Origin: Octopus sinensis
Lineage: Eukaryota
DNA length: 64,000 nt
Reading direction: 5' to 3'
Assembly: GCF_006345805.1 (NCBI RefSeq)
Contig: NC_043008.1
Location: 78,864,001 to 78,928,000, forward strand
The stretch's first letter is position 1, and each line of letters begins with the position of its first letter. The position numbers were made by a program, and so were the translations under genes. The notes under the pieces are model-generated. The model made no database searches, had not been told where the DNA came from, and was given only the letters and a program-made list of their open reading frames with translations. Shown here in pieces: positions 26,101-38,919 of the stretch.

Positions 26101-26150
26101 TTCCCTTTTTTCCTTCCTTCTTTTCCCTTCCTCTTTTAAACTTATAAAAG
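23150..26150 (-). mobile_element. R4/Dong-like LINE (family B), 953-aa ORF 26048-23187 lacking the RT catalytic core and RLE domain
   Basis: Myb-like N-terminus (WSREDNKEVLEAFY...KLANIRRNI), RT N-part (WKSPGKD, NYRPITCL, EQKGCKRGSYG) joined directly to KCAKATF; CCHC CRVCRQQNENIDHVVSKC; truncated at a microsatellite. Confidence 0.9.
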
Positions 26151-26569
26151 GCTCACTCTGTCTGTATTAGTTCGAAATAATGAGAGTAAAATGAGAAGGA
26201 AAAAAAAAGGGATCTGTCAGTTATTATTGTTATTACTATCACCATCACCATCATCACCATCATCATCATCATCATCAACATCACCATCACCATCATCAAT
26301 GATATTGTTTTATGTGTAGTCACAGCCACCATCATCACCACTACTGCCATTGTGTGGGGGAATAGTTGGTTAAAGAGGTCATGTTCTATGGGTCTATAAA
26401 TAGATTCAGCAGATGGTGGAGACAAAGGACATTAATGGTCAGTAAAAGGTCAAACCTGTTTACATTTTTTTTTCTCTTTCTCTTTTCTTCCTTTCCACAT
26501 ACATATGTATATGTATATGTATACTCACACACACATATTATCTGATGTTCAAGTCGATAATTTTTATTC

Positions 26570-26597
<28 letters not shown>

Positions 26598-26601
<4 letters not shown>

Positions 26602-27038
26602 TAGTTTTATTTTTATAGCGTGCTTTCACTTCACTACCAAGGGCAGCTCTGTGTGCCTTGGGTATGTGCTGTGATTTGTTGTGATGCTCTGATGGTTATT
26701 GTATGGAAAGTGTTCTGCGTAGGATGTGTGCAGTGCCTAGTAGTGCAATTTTCTGTATGTTATATGTGTTTGTAAGTCCTGGTGTTTTTGTTATGTATTT
26801 GTCTGAATATTTTTTTATCATGCCTAATGCACCTACTATGATAGGAATTGTTTCTGTTTTCAGATTCCACATTCTAGTTACCTCTATTTCCAGGTCTTTG
26901 TATTTTGAGAGTTTCTCCATTTCTTTTAGAGACACGTTGTCATCAGCCGGTATTGATACATCAATTAGAAAGCATTTTTTTTCTTCATGATCTCTGACAA
27001 CTATATCTGGTCTGTTGGCCTTAATTTCTCTATCTGTG

Positions 27039-27040
<2 letters not shown>
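26598..27040 (-). mobile_element. Short 3' fragment of Dong-like family A flanked by (TAA)n
   Basis: ORF 26696-26935 is nearly identical to ORF 10958-11311; TTA runs on both sides. Confidence 0.9.
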
Positions 27041-27087
<47 letters not shown>

Positions 27088-27090
<3 letters not shown>

Positions 27091-30000
27091 TAGTCTTATT
27101 TTTATCATGTGCTTTCACTGCACTACTGAGCACAGCTCTGTGTGCTTTGGGTATGTGCTGTGGTTTGTAGTGAAGCTCTTATTGCTTCTATATTGAAAGT
27201 GTTTTACATAGGATGTGTGTGGTGCCTAGTAGTGCTATTTACTGTATGTTATATATACTTATTAGTCCTGGTGTTTTTGTTATGTATTTATCTGAAGATT
27301 TTTTTATCATACCTAATGTGCCTACTATGTTAGGAATTGTTTCTGTTTTTAGACTCCACATTTGAGTTACCTCTATTTCCAGGTTTTTGCATTTTGAAAG
27401 TGTCTCCGTTTCTTTTAGAGAAACGTTGTCATCTATTGGTAGTGATATATCAATTAGAAAGCATTTTTTTTTTCTTGATCTCTGATAACTTTATCTGGCC
27501 TATTGGCTTTAATTTCTCTATCTGTGCATATTGGCATATCCCATAGTATGGTTGTTTTCTCATTTTCTTTGACCTTTTCTGGTGTGTGCCTATACTATCT
27601 TTTTTCTGTTGTTATTCCATAGTGTTGGCATAGTTTCCAGTGTATATAGATACCAACTCTGTCATGTCTGTGAATATATTCCTTCTTAGCCAGGACTGGG
27701 CAGCCAGAGACAATATGGTTTATTGTTTCTTGTCCATCTCCCCATATTCTGCAGTTAATTGTTATGTTTCTTTTCATTATATGTTTTTGGTAATTTCTTG
27801 TGGGGAGGCTTTGGTCTTGTGCTTGCAATTAAAAATCCTTCAGTCTCTGCTTTGAGTCCTGAACTTCTCAGCCATTGTTGAGATTTTGCTTTGACTATTT
27901 CTTTTGCATTTAGTTTAACCCAGTATTTGCCATGTAGGGGCTTTTCTTGCCATTGTTTTATCAACATCCTTTGTTTTTCTTCATAGTTGTTAGGTACTTT
28001 GACTAACTTTGACTAACAACTTCCTTAAAGACTGAAAACAGTTTTATTTTTGTTCGTGCTTTGTGGCTATTTCTATTTGTTCTACTTGCTTCTGGCATAG
28101 GTATTTTTGTAGTCCTATGGTGGTTATTTTGTAAGTTTTCTAGTTGTATAAGGCCTCTACCACCTTTGATACATCGTATATATAACCTTTCTATTTCAGA
28201 TCTCGTTTTCCTGTCTATTTTCATTAGTTCATTTAGAGTCCAGTTGATATTGCAGCTGTAACTTATAACTGGGACAGCTAGAGTGTTGATACCTATTATC
28301 TTGATTTTGCACTGAGCTCTGTTTTCAGTATTAGTCTAACTCATCTATAGTATTCTTTTTTTTTATTTTCTCTTTCATTTGTGTGTGTTGTATTGTATCT
28401 AGTCCACTGATTCCTACATATGTGTATGTCTGGCTTTCATCTAATTCTCTTTTTCTATTTGCCTTATCTTGTGTGATGTTGCTACTTTAAACTAGTTTTC
28501 TTCTTTTTAAGGTTGCTTGGGCACATTTTTCATGTTTATTTCTTTGGTAAATCCATGTTTTGTCTGTAGAAATGTTTCCAGCTGTTTATCATTTGCAGCA
28601 TACAGTTTTAAATCATCCATATGTAAGAAGTGGCTCATTGTTTTGCCATAACAGTTGTATCCACATCCAGTTCTGTTTAGCATATCAGATAAAGGTGTCA
28701 GTGCCAAGCAGAAAAAGAGTGGAGAGAGTGTGTGTCCCTGGAATATTCCTCTTCTAATGGGGATGGGTTTGGTTTTAATGAGGCCCTCTTTTGTCTGGAG
28801 CTACAGCTCCAGACAAAAGAGGGTACTGTCTACCATCTATTCATGTAATGTGTTGTATATTTTATGATTATTGGTGTCACCTTGTTCATGGCTAGTGTTT
28901 CTAGGATCCATGTGTGGAGAATACTATCAAAATCCTTTCGGTAATCGATCCACACCATACTTAGACCCTTCTTCTTTCTGCAGCTGTCTTCAATTATGGC
29001 TTTATTGATCAGTAGCTGATCTTTACAGCCGTATGAACCCTTGCAGCATCTCTTCTGTTCTTGAGGAAACTGGTTCTTCTCTTCTACATGCTTGCTCATT
29101 CTCTGCGATAGTATTGCAGTAAAGGCTTTGTAAATTGTAGGGAGACAAGTTATTATTCTGTAATTTTGTGGATTTGCTGTTTCAGTGGATCTGGGAATTA
29201 GGATAGTTTTCCTTTCTGTGAGCCATTCAGGCATCATCTCTGGCTCTGCTAGTATTTCATTTAAATTTCTCAGCCAGATTTTTATGTTTCTTGTCAAGCA
29301 GAAGTTAAGGATCTTATCGTGCCTGGGTACCTTCCAGCTGCTTAGTTTTTGTAGTGCTTGGGTGACCTCTTCAGTTGTTATAGGGGCCTAGAGTTGTTCA
29401 GGTGCCAAGTTTGTTATTTTGTTAGACCTTTTCTGAGGTTATTCCTTCGCCAACCATATTTCTTTCCAAAATTCTTCCACTTCTGGTGCTGCATTGATCA
29501 CTATTTTATTTTTTCCAAGTTCTAGATAGAATCTTTGGGGGTTGGAGTTGAACTGTTTGTCTTGTTCAAAGAAACATTAGTGTTTCTCACACCAGCAGAT
29601 TCTTTGTGCTTTGGCAAGGATATCTTGCTTTAGCTGTTTTTTACCTCAGGTATACCTTGTTCTGTAATTTTGTATTTATGTAACATCTTTCTTCATTTCT
29701 TGTGGCTTAGTAGTGTTATATTAAGGATCGACAAAACTTTTCTCTTGTTTTCGATTTTTTCTGTATATTATTTATCCACAGGATCTGGTTGGGTGCTAGT
29801 ACTCCTGTTTGCATGGGTTTGAGGGAGTATCCAGCTTCTTTTGTGGCCACAGTGGCTGCTGCATATATTATATCATTTAGCCTGGTCATATTGACATTTG
29901 TTCCTGTGGCTATAAGTTCTGTGACAGCAAGGTTCATGCTATTTATTATTGATGTGGTTTTATTATTAATTTAATGTTTGGGAAGTACAATCAGTGGTCT

Positions 30001-30355
30001 ATACTGAGATCATATTCTTTCAGTTCTTTGATTATTCTCATTTTTAGAGTATCATAACCATTAGTTTCCCCTTCACTGTTTCCAGATTTGTTTTGTATTC
30101 CCTCCCGTTTATATTTTTGTTGGTGGTGTTCTCTGGGTTTGTTGTCTTTCATTGTTTACCTTGTTTGTGTTTGGCATGTTACGTCTATCTTCATGTTTTA
30201 CAGTCCCAGTGCTTATGATATTATTTGGCATTGCTGTGTGTTTACTATCTACATTTTCCTGATGTATTTTTCCTTTTAAGAGTTCTATTTCTATTTCTGA
30301 TTTTTTTTTTTTTGTTTTGAGAATATAACTCCATATGTTAGCTAGTTTATTAGGG
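27088..30355 (-). mobile_element. Long degenerate Dong-like family A copy flanked by (TAA)n
   Basis: PNKLANI, QNYRIITCL, GSYGCKDQLLINK...WIDYRK, HMDDLKL, AQDQSLPTRNY...CRIWGD; TTA runs at 27041-27087 and ~30356-30375. Confidence 0.85.
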
Positions 30356-30654
30356 TTATTATTATTATTATTATATACACACACACATTCTGTTACGACT
30401 ACGTTTTTGGCCTCCTTAATAGCTTCTCATCTCTCTAGCACACTTATCATTCTATCATTTGCCTTTCTGCTGCTGGCCCCTGTAATGGCACAACCTTTTT
30501 ATCACTCATCTGTCTATCAGCAATACCACTGTCACTGTCTTTATTACTCTTAACTTTATCATAAATACCTCATGGCCATTTGGTATCACAGTCCATCATT
30601 CATCTTCCCATTTATCCATCTCATGTTGTTCATCATTCTCTAGCTCCCATCCTC

Positions 30655-30905
30655 TCTAGTGCTGACGCTATGATAAAAGGTACCCAGAAGACACTGTAGT
30701 CTTGTTAAGTTGTGACAACCTGTCTAATGCTGGTGCCATAAAAACAACGCTCCTAATACACACTGTAAAATGGGTGGTATTAGAATGGGCCTCCAGCTGT
30801 AGAAACCAAACCAAAAAATAAATTTATGAACAAAATTCTGTTCTCAGAATCACCTAGAAGAGCAAGAATTACCTGTCTAACTCATGCCAGCATGGAATAT
30901 AGTTA
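30655..30905 (+). mobile_element. Degenerate RTE-family 3' tail
   Basis: TGGTATTAGAATGGGCCTCCAGCTGTAGAAACC...CATGCCAGCATGGAA resembles the tail at 12100-12230. Confidence 0.5.
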
Positions 30906-31085
30906 TATTTTCAATTGGGCACATAGTGCAGAATTTCTTGCTTATTTAATACCTGGTATTGTCATCATTGCTGTATGTTCTTAATTGATTCAAAATTCTT
31001 CTCTTAAGCATTTTTTCCAGTACAAGTCTGTGAATTTATCTATGAAATTCATAAAATTTGTAAATGAAATAGAAAACATAGGTAC

Positions 31086-31244
31086 CTTTGATATCATTTT
31101 TAATTCGATCTGTAAGAACTACACCAGAAATTCCAAGAGGGATAGGAGGAGAAATGGTTGTTTGTTCCCAGTTTCCACAAATATATTGGTAAAAGTCATC
31201 ACAGGCGGCAGTATTTTCATCAATTGATAGTTTGAAAGATTTAG
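31086..31244 (-). CDS. Exon of M13 peptidase: (A)KSFKLSIDENTAACDDFYQYICGNWEQTTISPPIPLGISGVVLTDRIKNDIK
   Basis: Poly-T tract plus AAAG acceptor, AAG|GTACC donor; 159 nt, phase 1 to 1; CDDFYQYxCGNW is the diagnostic neprilysin/ECE N-terminal motif. Confidence 0.92.
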
Positions 31245-31441
31245 CTTTGAATAAAAAAAAAAGAAATGACTAAAAATTTTATCAAATTTTGTAAAAAAAT
31301 ATTTTGTATAGTTTCTGGTTATGAGAAATCTGTTACTTCATTTACTGGATAATTTAATACATAATCAGTTAATTATTTAGACATACCTTTCCTTACCAAA
31401 TACTACAAATATATTTGTGCTCTATCATATGATTATGGATA

Positions 31442-31722
31442 TGTGGTATGGTGGAAAAAGGTGACTCACCTACCTTATATGTCCTCTTTTAGAGTCAATC
31501 CTTTCCAGCTGGGATATATCCATAGGAGCCCTACCCACCTTACCTCTTGCCAGAACCTAATGGCATATTCCCTCAACTCACATGACCACACACGTCTGTT
31601 ATGAATCACAGTTCTAAGGCAGAGGCCCACGCTAGTCATACTTCCTCTCACATGACAAGGGCCTCTCCTTCTGACAAGACCCTCAGTCATTCATATGATG
31701 TTACTGACTCTATAGCCTCACA
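31442..31722 (-). repeat. 3' LTR of Gypsy element
   Basis: TG...CA ends; aligns by eye with 35073-35362 with many substitutions. Confidence 0.8.
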
Positions 31723-34700
31723 TGTTCCCTGATCTGAGAGATGACCCCCATCATCTCACTCCATATCAAATCTGCCATCTATCTGGGTAGACACCTTACC
31801 TACTGTGATTTCCACAAGAAAGGAGAGTTGCTCACATCCTCTCCTCTTCCTTCTCCATCCAATTAATCAACAATCCTGCAGACAGCCAAGACACGACAAT
31901 ATTCAATCTACAGACACATTATTTCGGGAATTAACAGCCATTACTATTCCTTTTCCTCCATTGGGATGTGCAGCAGACATTTGGTGGAGGGGGAAAGCTG
32001 AACCTAGACTTCATCTCCTACCTGCACAAAGATAGTCTCATTCTTCCACAGGCCACTGTGATACTATACATGGCTGTCACCATTCATATCTAAATATCAT
32101 TCTGTGTGACACTAACTTCTCAGCCTATCCTGATTGGGGCAACATATTATACCAAAATACTACCTCAAATGGTGAGATATGTCTCCTCTCTGCCATGGCC
32201 TTCATCATGCAATGTGTCTCTCTGTGATCCCACTGGGCTATATGCTGCTCTGAAGATGCAGTTCACGTTTCACTTATCAAGCATTTCCTTCAGCTCCCCT
32301 GAGTAAAATGCAGTATCATTGTCCATTGACAATTCATCCACTGGGCCTCTCTCCAGGAATATCTTGTTATGGATTCATACAACTTCATCTGCTGTTCCCA
32401 TCTTGGTTTCTTTTTATATCACCCTGGTCTGCAGTCAACCATCGAGAAATGTGTCCCATGTTGGTAGTCTATCACATCCACTGCCAATCATTTCTAGTTG
32501 TGTTTCACTGAGATATTTCCTGATTCTTGCGCACCCAGAGTAGGATTGATGGATTGACACCTGTCACAACTCTTAACCTTTTTTTTGAATGCTCTGAATA
32601 GTAACATTGGAGTCACTTTCCTGGCTAGGTAAAGGGTCCTATTGACTTCCATGTGATACACGGTATACAGTTTTCTTAGCTCTGAGTTGCTTAGCCAACA
32701 CACTGCAGCTATCTTCTCTGGATTCTCTGGCACTGTCAATCAAACTTTCTTCACCCTGGCTAGGATGTCCACCATATTCCTTTCCAAGGTCACAAAGACC
32801 GTGCTCAATTTCAAACCAAATTCAGCAACTAGTTCTCCTTAAATTGCTAGCCAGTGCTTTATTAACATTTCCACCACTCCTTTCATTCATACCCTCCTCT
32901 CATTGGTGATCACTGATTCCACCCATCCAAGCACAGTGGCGAATCAGTCCAAATTTTGATAGTATGCAGCCCTCATCTCAAGGCCAGATTTAGTCCCTTC
33001 AGCACTATGTCCAATTCAGCTGTGTTAATGTGGTTGCAATCATCCATTTTTCTGAACCAGGCCATGTCCTCCATCTCAATACCTGCTATTTCCAGAATGA
33101 TCCCTATTGCTTTGCTGCTAACATTGCACCATATGGTCCCATTCTCTAATATGGGTACATACTAGCTACCTCTTACTGTGTATTCTGCTCTTACCCTCTC
33201 TAGGATCTCCCTCATCATAGCCACTGTCCTCTCTCCCACTTTATTCTCCCAGCTTGCTCTGTCTGCTCATCTCTTGGTGTAGCTACACACTGTTTGGAGC
33301 CACCATGCAATTGTATAATGACCCACCAGTTTCCCACACATCGAGAACAGTTCTCATCTGTTCATGTTGCTGCCTAGTTTTAGAATCTCATTTCCTCTCT
33401 GAAATACCAATATACCTGCCTTGTCTCTTTGTAACTTGAGCCCTAGTGCAGTTACTCCTATTATCACCTCTGGTAGTTTCACAGTTAGTGTGAATTTCTT
33501 TAGGTAAACTTTTGACCTCTACTGACAACACCATGGTCTCATTTACTTAGATATTGTCAATATAGGAATTGGTGGCATTTTGCACCTTGTCTATCTCCTC
33601 GAAAGTTCAGTGCCAGCTTATCCTTACCTTTTGTTAGCTGCACCACTGCCATTAGTAACAGCACTTTACTCTTTACTTCCTCCTTCCAAGGGATTAAAAT
33701 ACCTTCCTTGATCCATCTCTCCAACTCTCCTTTGAACTTGCACCTGGCATCTCTTTTCAGGGCATGCTCATAGCAGCTTAACCTATTTCTCAATATCAGG
33801 GTTTCTCCTTTCCAGTACCACTCAATCATCTACTACTGATTGTTGAACACAGCTTTAAAATCCTTGACTCAATGGTGTAAGCAACACAGTTCTCTGTGGG
33901 GCTCTTACTCTCTTGTTGCAAACTCACAGTGCATGCTGCCCCAACACCACCAAATATAACACTATCTTCACTAACTGTGACACCTCCAAGGTAATTGATC
34001 ATATCTATGCCTGTCACTACATCAACTGCATCCACTACATTGCTCACAACCTTATTTTTGTTCCTTGAACCACCATCTCCACCCCACTGCTTCCTCTACG
34101 TCTAATTTTGCTGCCATCAACTGCCCTTACACAACTCATCCATTTTCACTTTTTAGCAATCTTTTGGGTCACTTTTTAGCTACCTTTGGATACAGCCCAT
34201 GTTCATGAGGGCTTTTAACACCTTCCTCCCAGCTAGGATATCCACTATAGGCAATGACTGTACAAGTGCCTCTACTTTCTTCTTGGGGAAACTAGCAAAG
34301 CAGTAGTTTCCCTCTGATAGGTTCCCTGGCTGCAAGTTGCTGGAAGTATATTCTGCCTGCTTGCACTGGTAGCAAATTGGTTGAAACTTCAACTCCTTGC
34401 AGTCCCTCACCATGTGTGAACCCTGACAACTGGAACACTGGTCTTTAAACAGTTGCAGCCACTCCACAGAGGCTCGTCTCTATTACTCAGCAATCACTGC
34501 CTGATACTGTAGGCTTCCATAACTGTCACCACTATTGCATTCTTCCCAACGTTTCACATCAACACACAGGCTTGAATGATGAGTTTGCTCATAGACATCT
34601 TGCTGCAATGCAGCTGTTGCAGCTACACCAATCTTGTTGAGGAAATCATTCATGAACACTAGCAGCACTGCTTTTTCTAAGCCTTCCCCCATAGATCCAG

Positions 34701-35072
34701 AGAGTGTTGCCAACCTTCAAATTTCCATCACATTTATGTCCACGTGCTCTCCCACACACCTCGCCTTTCCTAGTTTAGTAAATGCTGAATATGAACCTTC
34801 TAGGAACAGTTTCTTTGAGTACCATTCAATTTTTTCCACATTCAGTTGGTCCACTTCATCAGTTCCAAGGTACAGCTCTTATGAATTTCCCTACAAATAC
34901 AGAGTCACGAGACCTGCCACATTCTCAATGTCTTGCAGCCTGAACACCACCTTGATCTTCTGAATCCAGGCAATAATATCTTTCTTGTCACAGAAGGGTC
35001 TGGTGATATTTCTACTGATCTTTATTTTTGTTGACATATTGTAGAAAAAAATACATGAAGGCTGAATTAGCT

Positions 35073-35362
35073 TAGGATATGAGGAAAAAAGCACAGTTCA
35101 CCTACTTCACAAATTCTCTCACAGCATAGATCCTTTCCAGCTGGAATATATCTGTAGGAGCCTCCCCATCTAACGTCTGGCCAGAATCTAATGGAAAATT
35201 CCTTCAACTCACACAACACACATCTGTCAAGAATGACACCCCCAAGACAAAAGAGGCCCATACTAGTCATGCTTCCACTCATGTGACTTCCCTCACTCAC
35301 TCCTTCTGGCAAGACCCCTCGGCCATTCACATGATGTCACTGACCCCTATAACAGCCCCACA
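35073..35362 (-). repeat. 5' LTR of Gypsy element
   Basis: Shares ATCCTTTCCAGCTGG, AAGACCCCTC and ATGATG(T/C)CACTGAC-like blocks with 31442-31722. Confidence 0.8.
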
Positions 35363-35807
35363 GTATGCTTTACAATAAAATCATGGCCTGGATCCCATTA
35401 TTGATATGCCAGCATTAATTAATTAAAAATAAGGCTTTTATGATTTTTCAATAATATTTAGAAAGTTACATGCTTTTTTGTTACAAAAATATTTTTAAAA
35501 TTCAAATGTTCTTGATTAATTAGAGAGTTCAGTTGTGAAATAAATTGACAGTACTTATTTTGTAATATTGATAGCAGTATATATTTCATAATATTGCTAA
35601 TAACTAAATTAAATCATTTACTAGCATAAAATTCCATAATCATTCAATCATTACACTGTTATATAAGATTTTTAAAATATTAAAACATTAAGTTAAGGAA
35701 AGATGGTTAATTAAAATGATGAATGCTAACAGCCTTAATAATAGAAAAAGTTTAATTTTGATTTCTGTTAATTTCAACAATTTCTGTAGAAAATACGTAT
35801 ATCTTAC

Positions 35808-37152
35808 CAACTATCAGGCACTCATCTTCCACACATTCATTATTCAATGGAGCATTTGTGGTTTGGATTAGTGATGTTGATGTCATTTCACTGGGGTTTG
35901 TGAGGTATTGAAGATTATTAGTTGTTTCAGAAATATTTAAATAAGAGTTCATGAAATTCAAAGAATTATTTTGTTGTTGATCAGCTGTGTTATTCAACTC
36001 AGCAAGAGTAGATTTAGCAATGTTTGAAGTTGAAGATTCCTCACCAAGAAAGAAATTTGAATAATTAAGATTAGATTCAGTTGTGAAAACTGACTTTGGA
36101 ACAGAAGGGAATGTTGATTTTCCTTCTATAAAATCAAAACTTTCATTGAATTTTTTACCAGAGATTTGGGATATATTTAAAATTGCTGTTAGGTTTAAAC
36201 TTTGAGATGAAATATGATCCATGTCAATTCTCTTTTGGTAAGAATTGTTCCTGTTTCTTTCAGTGTCACCAGAAATAGATGGTGTAGTTATAGTTGCAGA
36301 ACTGTCGGAAACTGGAGTAAGAATTGAATTAACAGGTAACTGTTCAGGTGAGCTAGTTGAGAAGACAGGTTTTGATTGTTGAATTGGAGTAAGCTTAAAT
36401 ATGGAAGTCACAAGGGATAGAGAAGATGTAGAAATTATTGATTTGGGAGGGGAAACCATGAGAGTAGATAAAAAAGTAGAAGTAGAAGCAATGGTAGTAG
36501 TAATTGGAGTAGTAATAGTAGTAGTAACAGCAGCAGTGGTAGGAGGTGAAGGAATAGTTATAGTAGTGGTGGTAGTAGTAGTAGTAGTAGTAGGAGGAGG
36601 AGGAGGAATAGTTATTGAAGTAGTAGTGGTAGTTGTGGGAATAGTTGTATCAGTAATCACAGAAGAAAATACTGGCTGTTTCATGGAATGAGGAATGGAT
36701 GTAGACTGCAAATATGGTGTAGTTAAAGTAAAGAGTAATTGCTTAGATTGTGTTGGCATTAAAGAAATATTTGGAGTAGAATCAGATAATGTTTTAGATG
36801 TAGATATTGGTCTCCCATTAGGTTTCTGTTGAGGAAATTTGCTTTTATGTATTGTATTTCCCTGACTCCCTTCTTCAAAAGGAGGAATTTTGTGTACAGT
36901 AAACAATTTTTCTGATGTGGTCCTCATTATTGGAACTTCATTTTCATTCTCTGAAGGGAATTTAGATTTCCATCGATTTTCAAAATAAGCATTCATTATC
37001 AAATTTCTGGATTTAGCAGAAAATGAATCCGGATCTTCAAAATCATTCTTTTTCTCTGTGAAATAACAAAAAGAAGGCCTAAGTTTAATCAGGTAGCTAT
37101 CACATTCCACTTCTATGAAGTGCTTACCATCAAACAATTGCTTGTCATCTTT
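35808..37152 (-). CDS. Large exon of M13 peptidase: Ser/Thr/Pro-rich mucin-like stalk ending in NECVEDECLIV
   Basis: Open frame over 1345 nt; TTTCTTCAG acceptor (phase 0), TTG|GTAAGA donor (phase 1). Joined to the next exon it gives C-x4-C-x17-C-x7-C, the neprilysin cysteine spacing. Confidence 0.85.
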
Positions 37153-37189
37153 CTGAAGAAATAAATACAGTGGCTCACCTTACAAATAT

Positions 37190-38204
37190 TTTTCATATGT
37201 ATATATACATACATATATATAAAAAGGAATACAAAAAATGAGACAAGAATGCAGAGCATCCAGACAGTTAGATGAAATAAAAAAATGACAATAAAACATC
37301 CAGACAGAGGATGCAAAAAAGGGACAAGAACAAACAAGGACAGGTCATTCAGAGTTTTCTTTCCTCAGTCGAGTTCCAGATTATCTTTGCAATTTCGGCT
37401 GGTGATACTTGGAATTGCTCCAATCTGGCCAGCCCCAAGGAAAAACTAAGCTAAGAGCACTAGATTCCTTGGAAGAAAGTAGCAAATGTATACGAAAGCA
37501 AGGGTGGAAAAAACGGACATGTGGTACACAAATACAAATGCAAATAACAGGACATAAACAACAGGTGTCTTTCGACTAAGGACGAATTAAATTAAGCTGG
37601 CATGTGTGAGAGTGAAGCCTTACAGCAGGGACATAAGAGATGACAGGTATGGGGAGAAATATAGATGTTGCACGGATGGTAGTTGAACCAAGAAAGAAAG
37701 GTCAGGCTTGGCTGAACACCAGTCATAGAGAGAGAGGAGAGAGGTAGAGGGAGTGGGATAGAAGAATTAGGGAGGGACACGAGAAAAAGAAAAGGGACAG
37801 AGTGAAGTGAAAGAGGAGGGAAGGTGAAAAGGAAGAGAAAGCCAGGAAATGTGAGAGAGGGGGTATGAAAGAAAGAAGAATGGAAAGAACGAAGAAAGTG
37901 TGAAGCGGCTGATAGAAAGAAAGAAAGAATGAAAGAATAAGAGAGTCGTACAAAATTTAGATATATGTATATGTACTTACATATATGAGACCAAAATGTG
38001 TGTGTGCCACCATATGTATATAAAAAGGAATGCAAAAAATGAGACAAAAACGCAAAACATCCAGTCAGTCAGATGATACAAAAAAGAGAAAACAAAATAT
38101 CCAGACAGAGGATTGCATCCTCTGTCTGGATGTTTTGTGTTCTTGTCCCATTTTTTATATTCCTTTTTATATACATATGGTGGCATACATACACTTTGGT
38201 CTCC

Positions 38205-38215
<11 letters not shown>
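37190..38215. repeat. Repeat element with ~140-bp direct repeat and terminal inverted arm (Penelope-like architecture)
   Basis: 37190-37330 recurs at ~38000-38115; ~38115-38215 is the reverse complement of parts of 37980-38115. Confidence 0.55.
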
Positions 38216-38267
<52 letters not shown>

Positions 38268-38837
38268 ATATGGGGGTTTATTTCACAGGTGATTTAAACG
38301 ACTGTGTACACTGGGTGAGAGCCGTAACAGATTACCAGGGATCCAAGCTCATAACCAAGATGGGAGTTATGGAACCATTGTAGATTTCTGATATGGCGGA
38401 TATATATTTGTTAAAGAGGATAACAAATGCTAAGAAAGACAAACATCTCAAGCCAGGGGCTAATGCAGTTTCACACCTATCCTTGAAAAATGCAGCTTTT
38501 TGAAAAAATTGTTTCGGATTCCTATGTTTTAGATGTCAGAGACTACAAATATGCAAAATAAAAAATAATTATGGACTAGAATCTACACTATCGGAAAGTT
38601 GGACTGTAAACTCTTATGCTTTTTTTTCTTCATTCCTTTTTTCTTTATTTCTCCAGTCCTTTATTTCATCGTTTCCTTAATCTATACCCTTCACATTCTT
38701 CCTATTTGTTTCCGATGACAGGATGCCCCATATTTTGGGGTATCCCAGAAACAGCTGTAAGACTTAAAATTTTTCTAATAGTAATAACATATATGACTTG
38801 AGATGTTTGTCTTGCCTTAGCACTTGTCCTCTTTAAC

Positions 38838-38914
<77 letters not shown>

Positions 38915-38919
<5 letters not shown>

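Larger units (their letters stand above)
31442..35362 (-). mobile_element. Compact Ty3/Gypsy LTR retrotransposon, degenerate, with both LTRs
   Basis: Direct repeats 31442-31722 and 35073-35362; gag with two Cys knuckles (34180-34467), RT (ERWIKEGILIPW...MAVVQLTKGK), integrase zinc finger (H..VNRTLYL...CDRCQSINP). Confidence 0.9.

Noticed and set aside
31437-35367. Target-site duplication of the Gypsy element
   Set aside because: Flanks GGATA and GTATG match at only 3 of 5 positions.
37340-37445. Hammerhead-like pieces (CTGAGGA; GGCTGG...CCAGCC GAAA) on the - strand
   Set aside because: Core and stems cannot be assembled into one valid motif.
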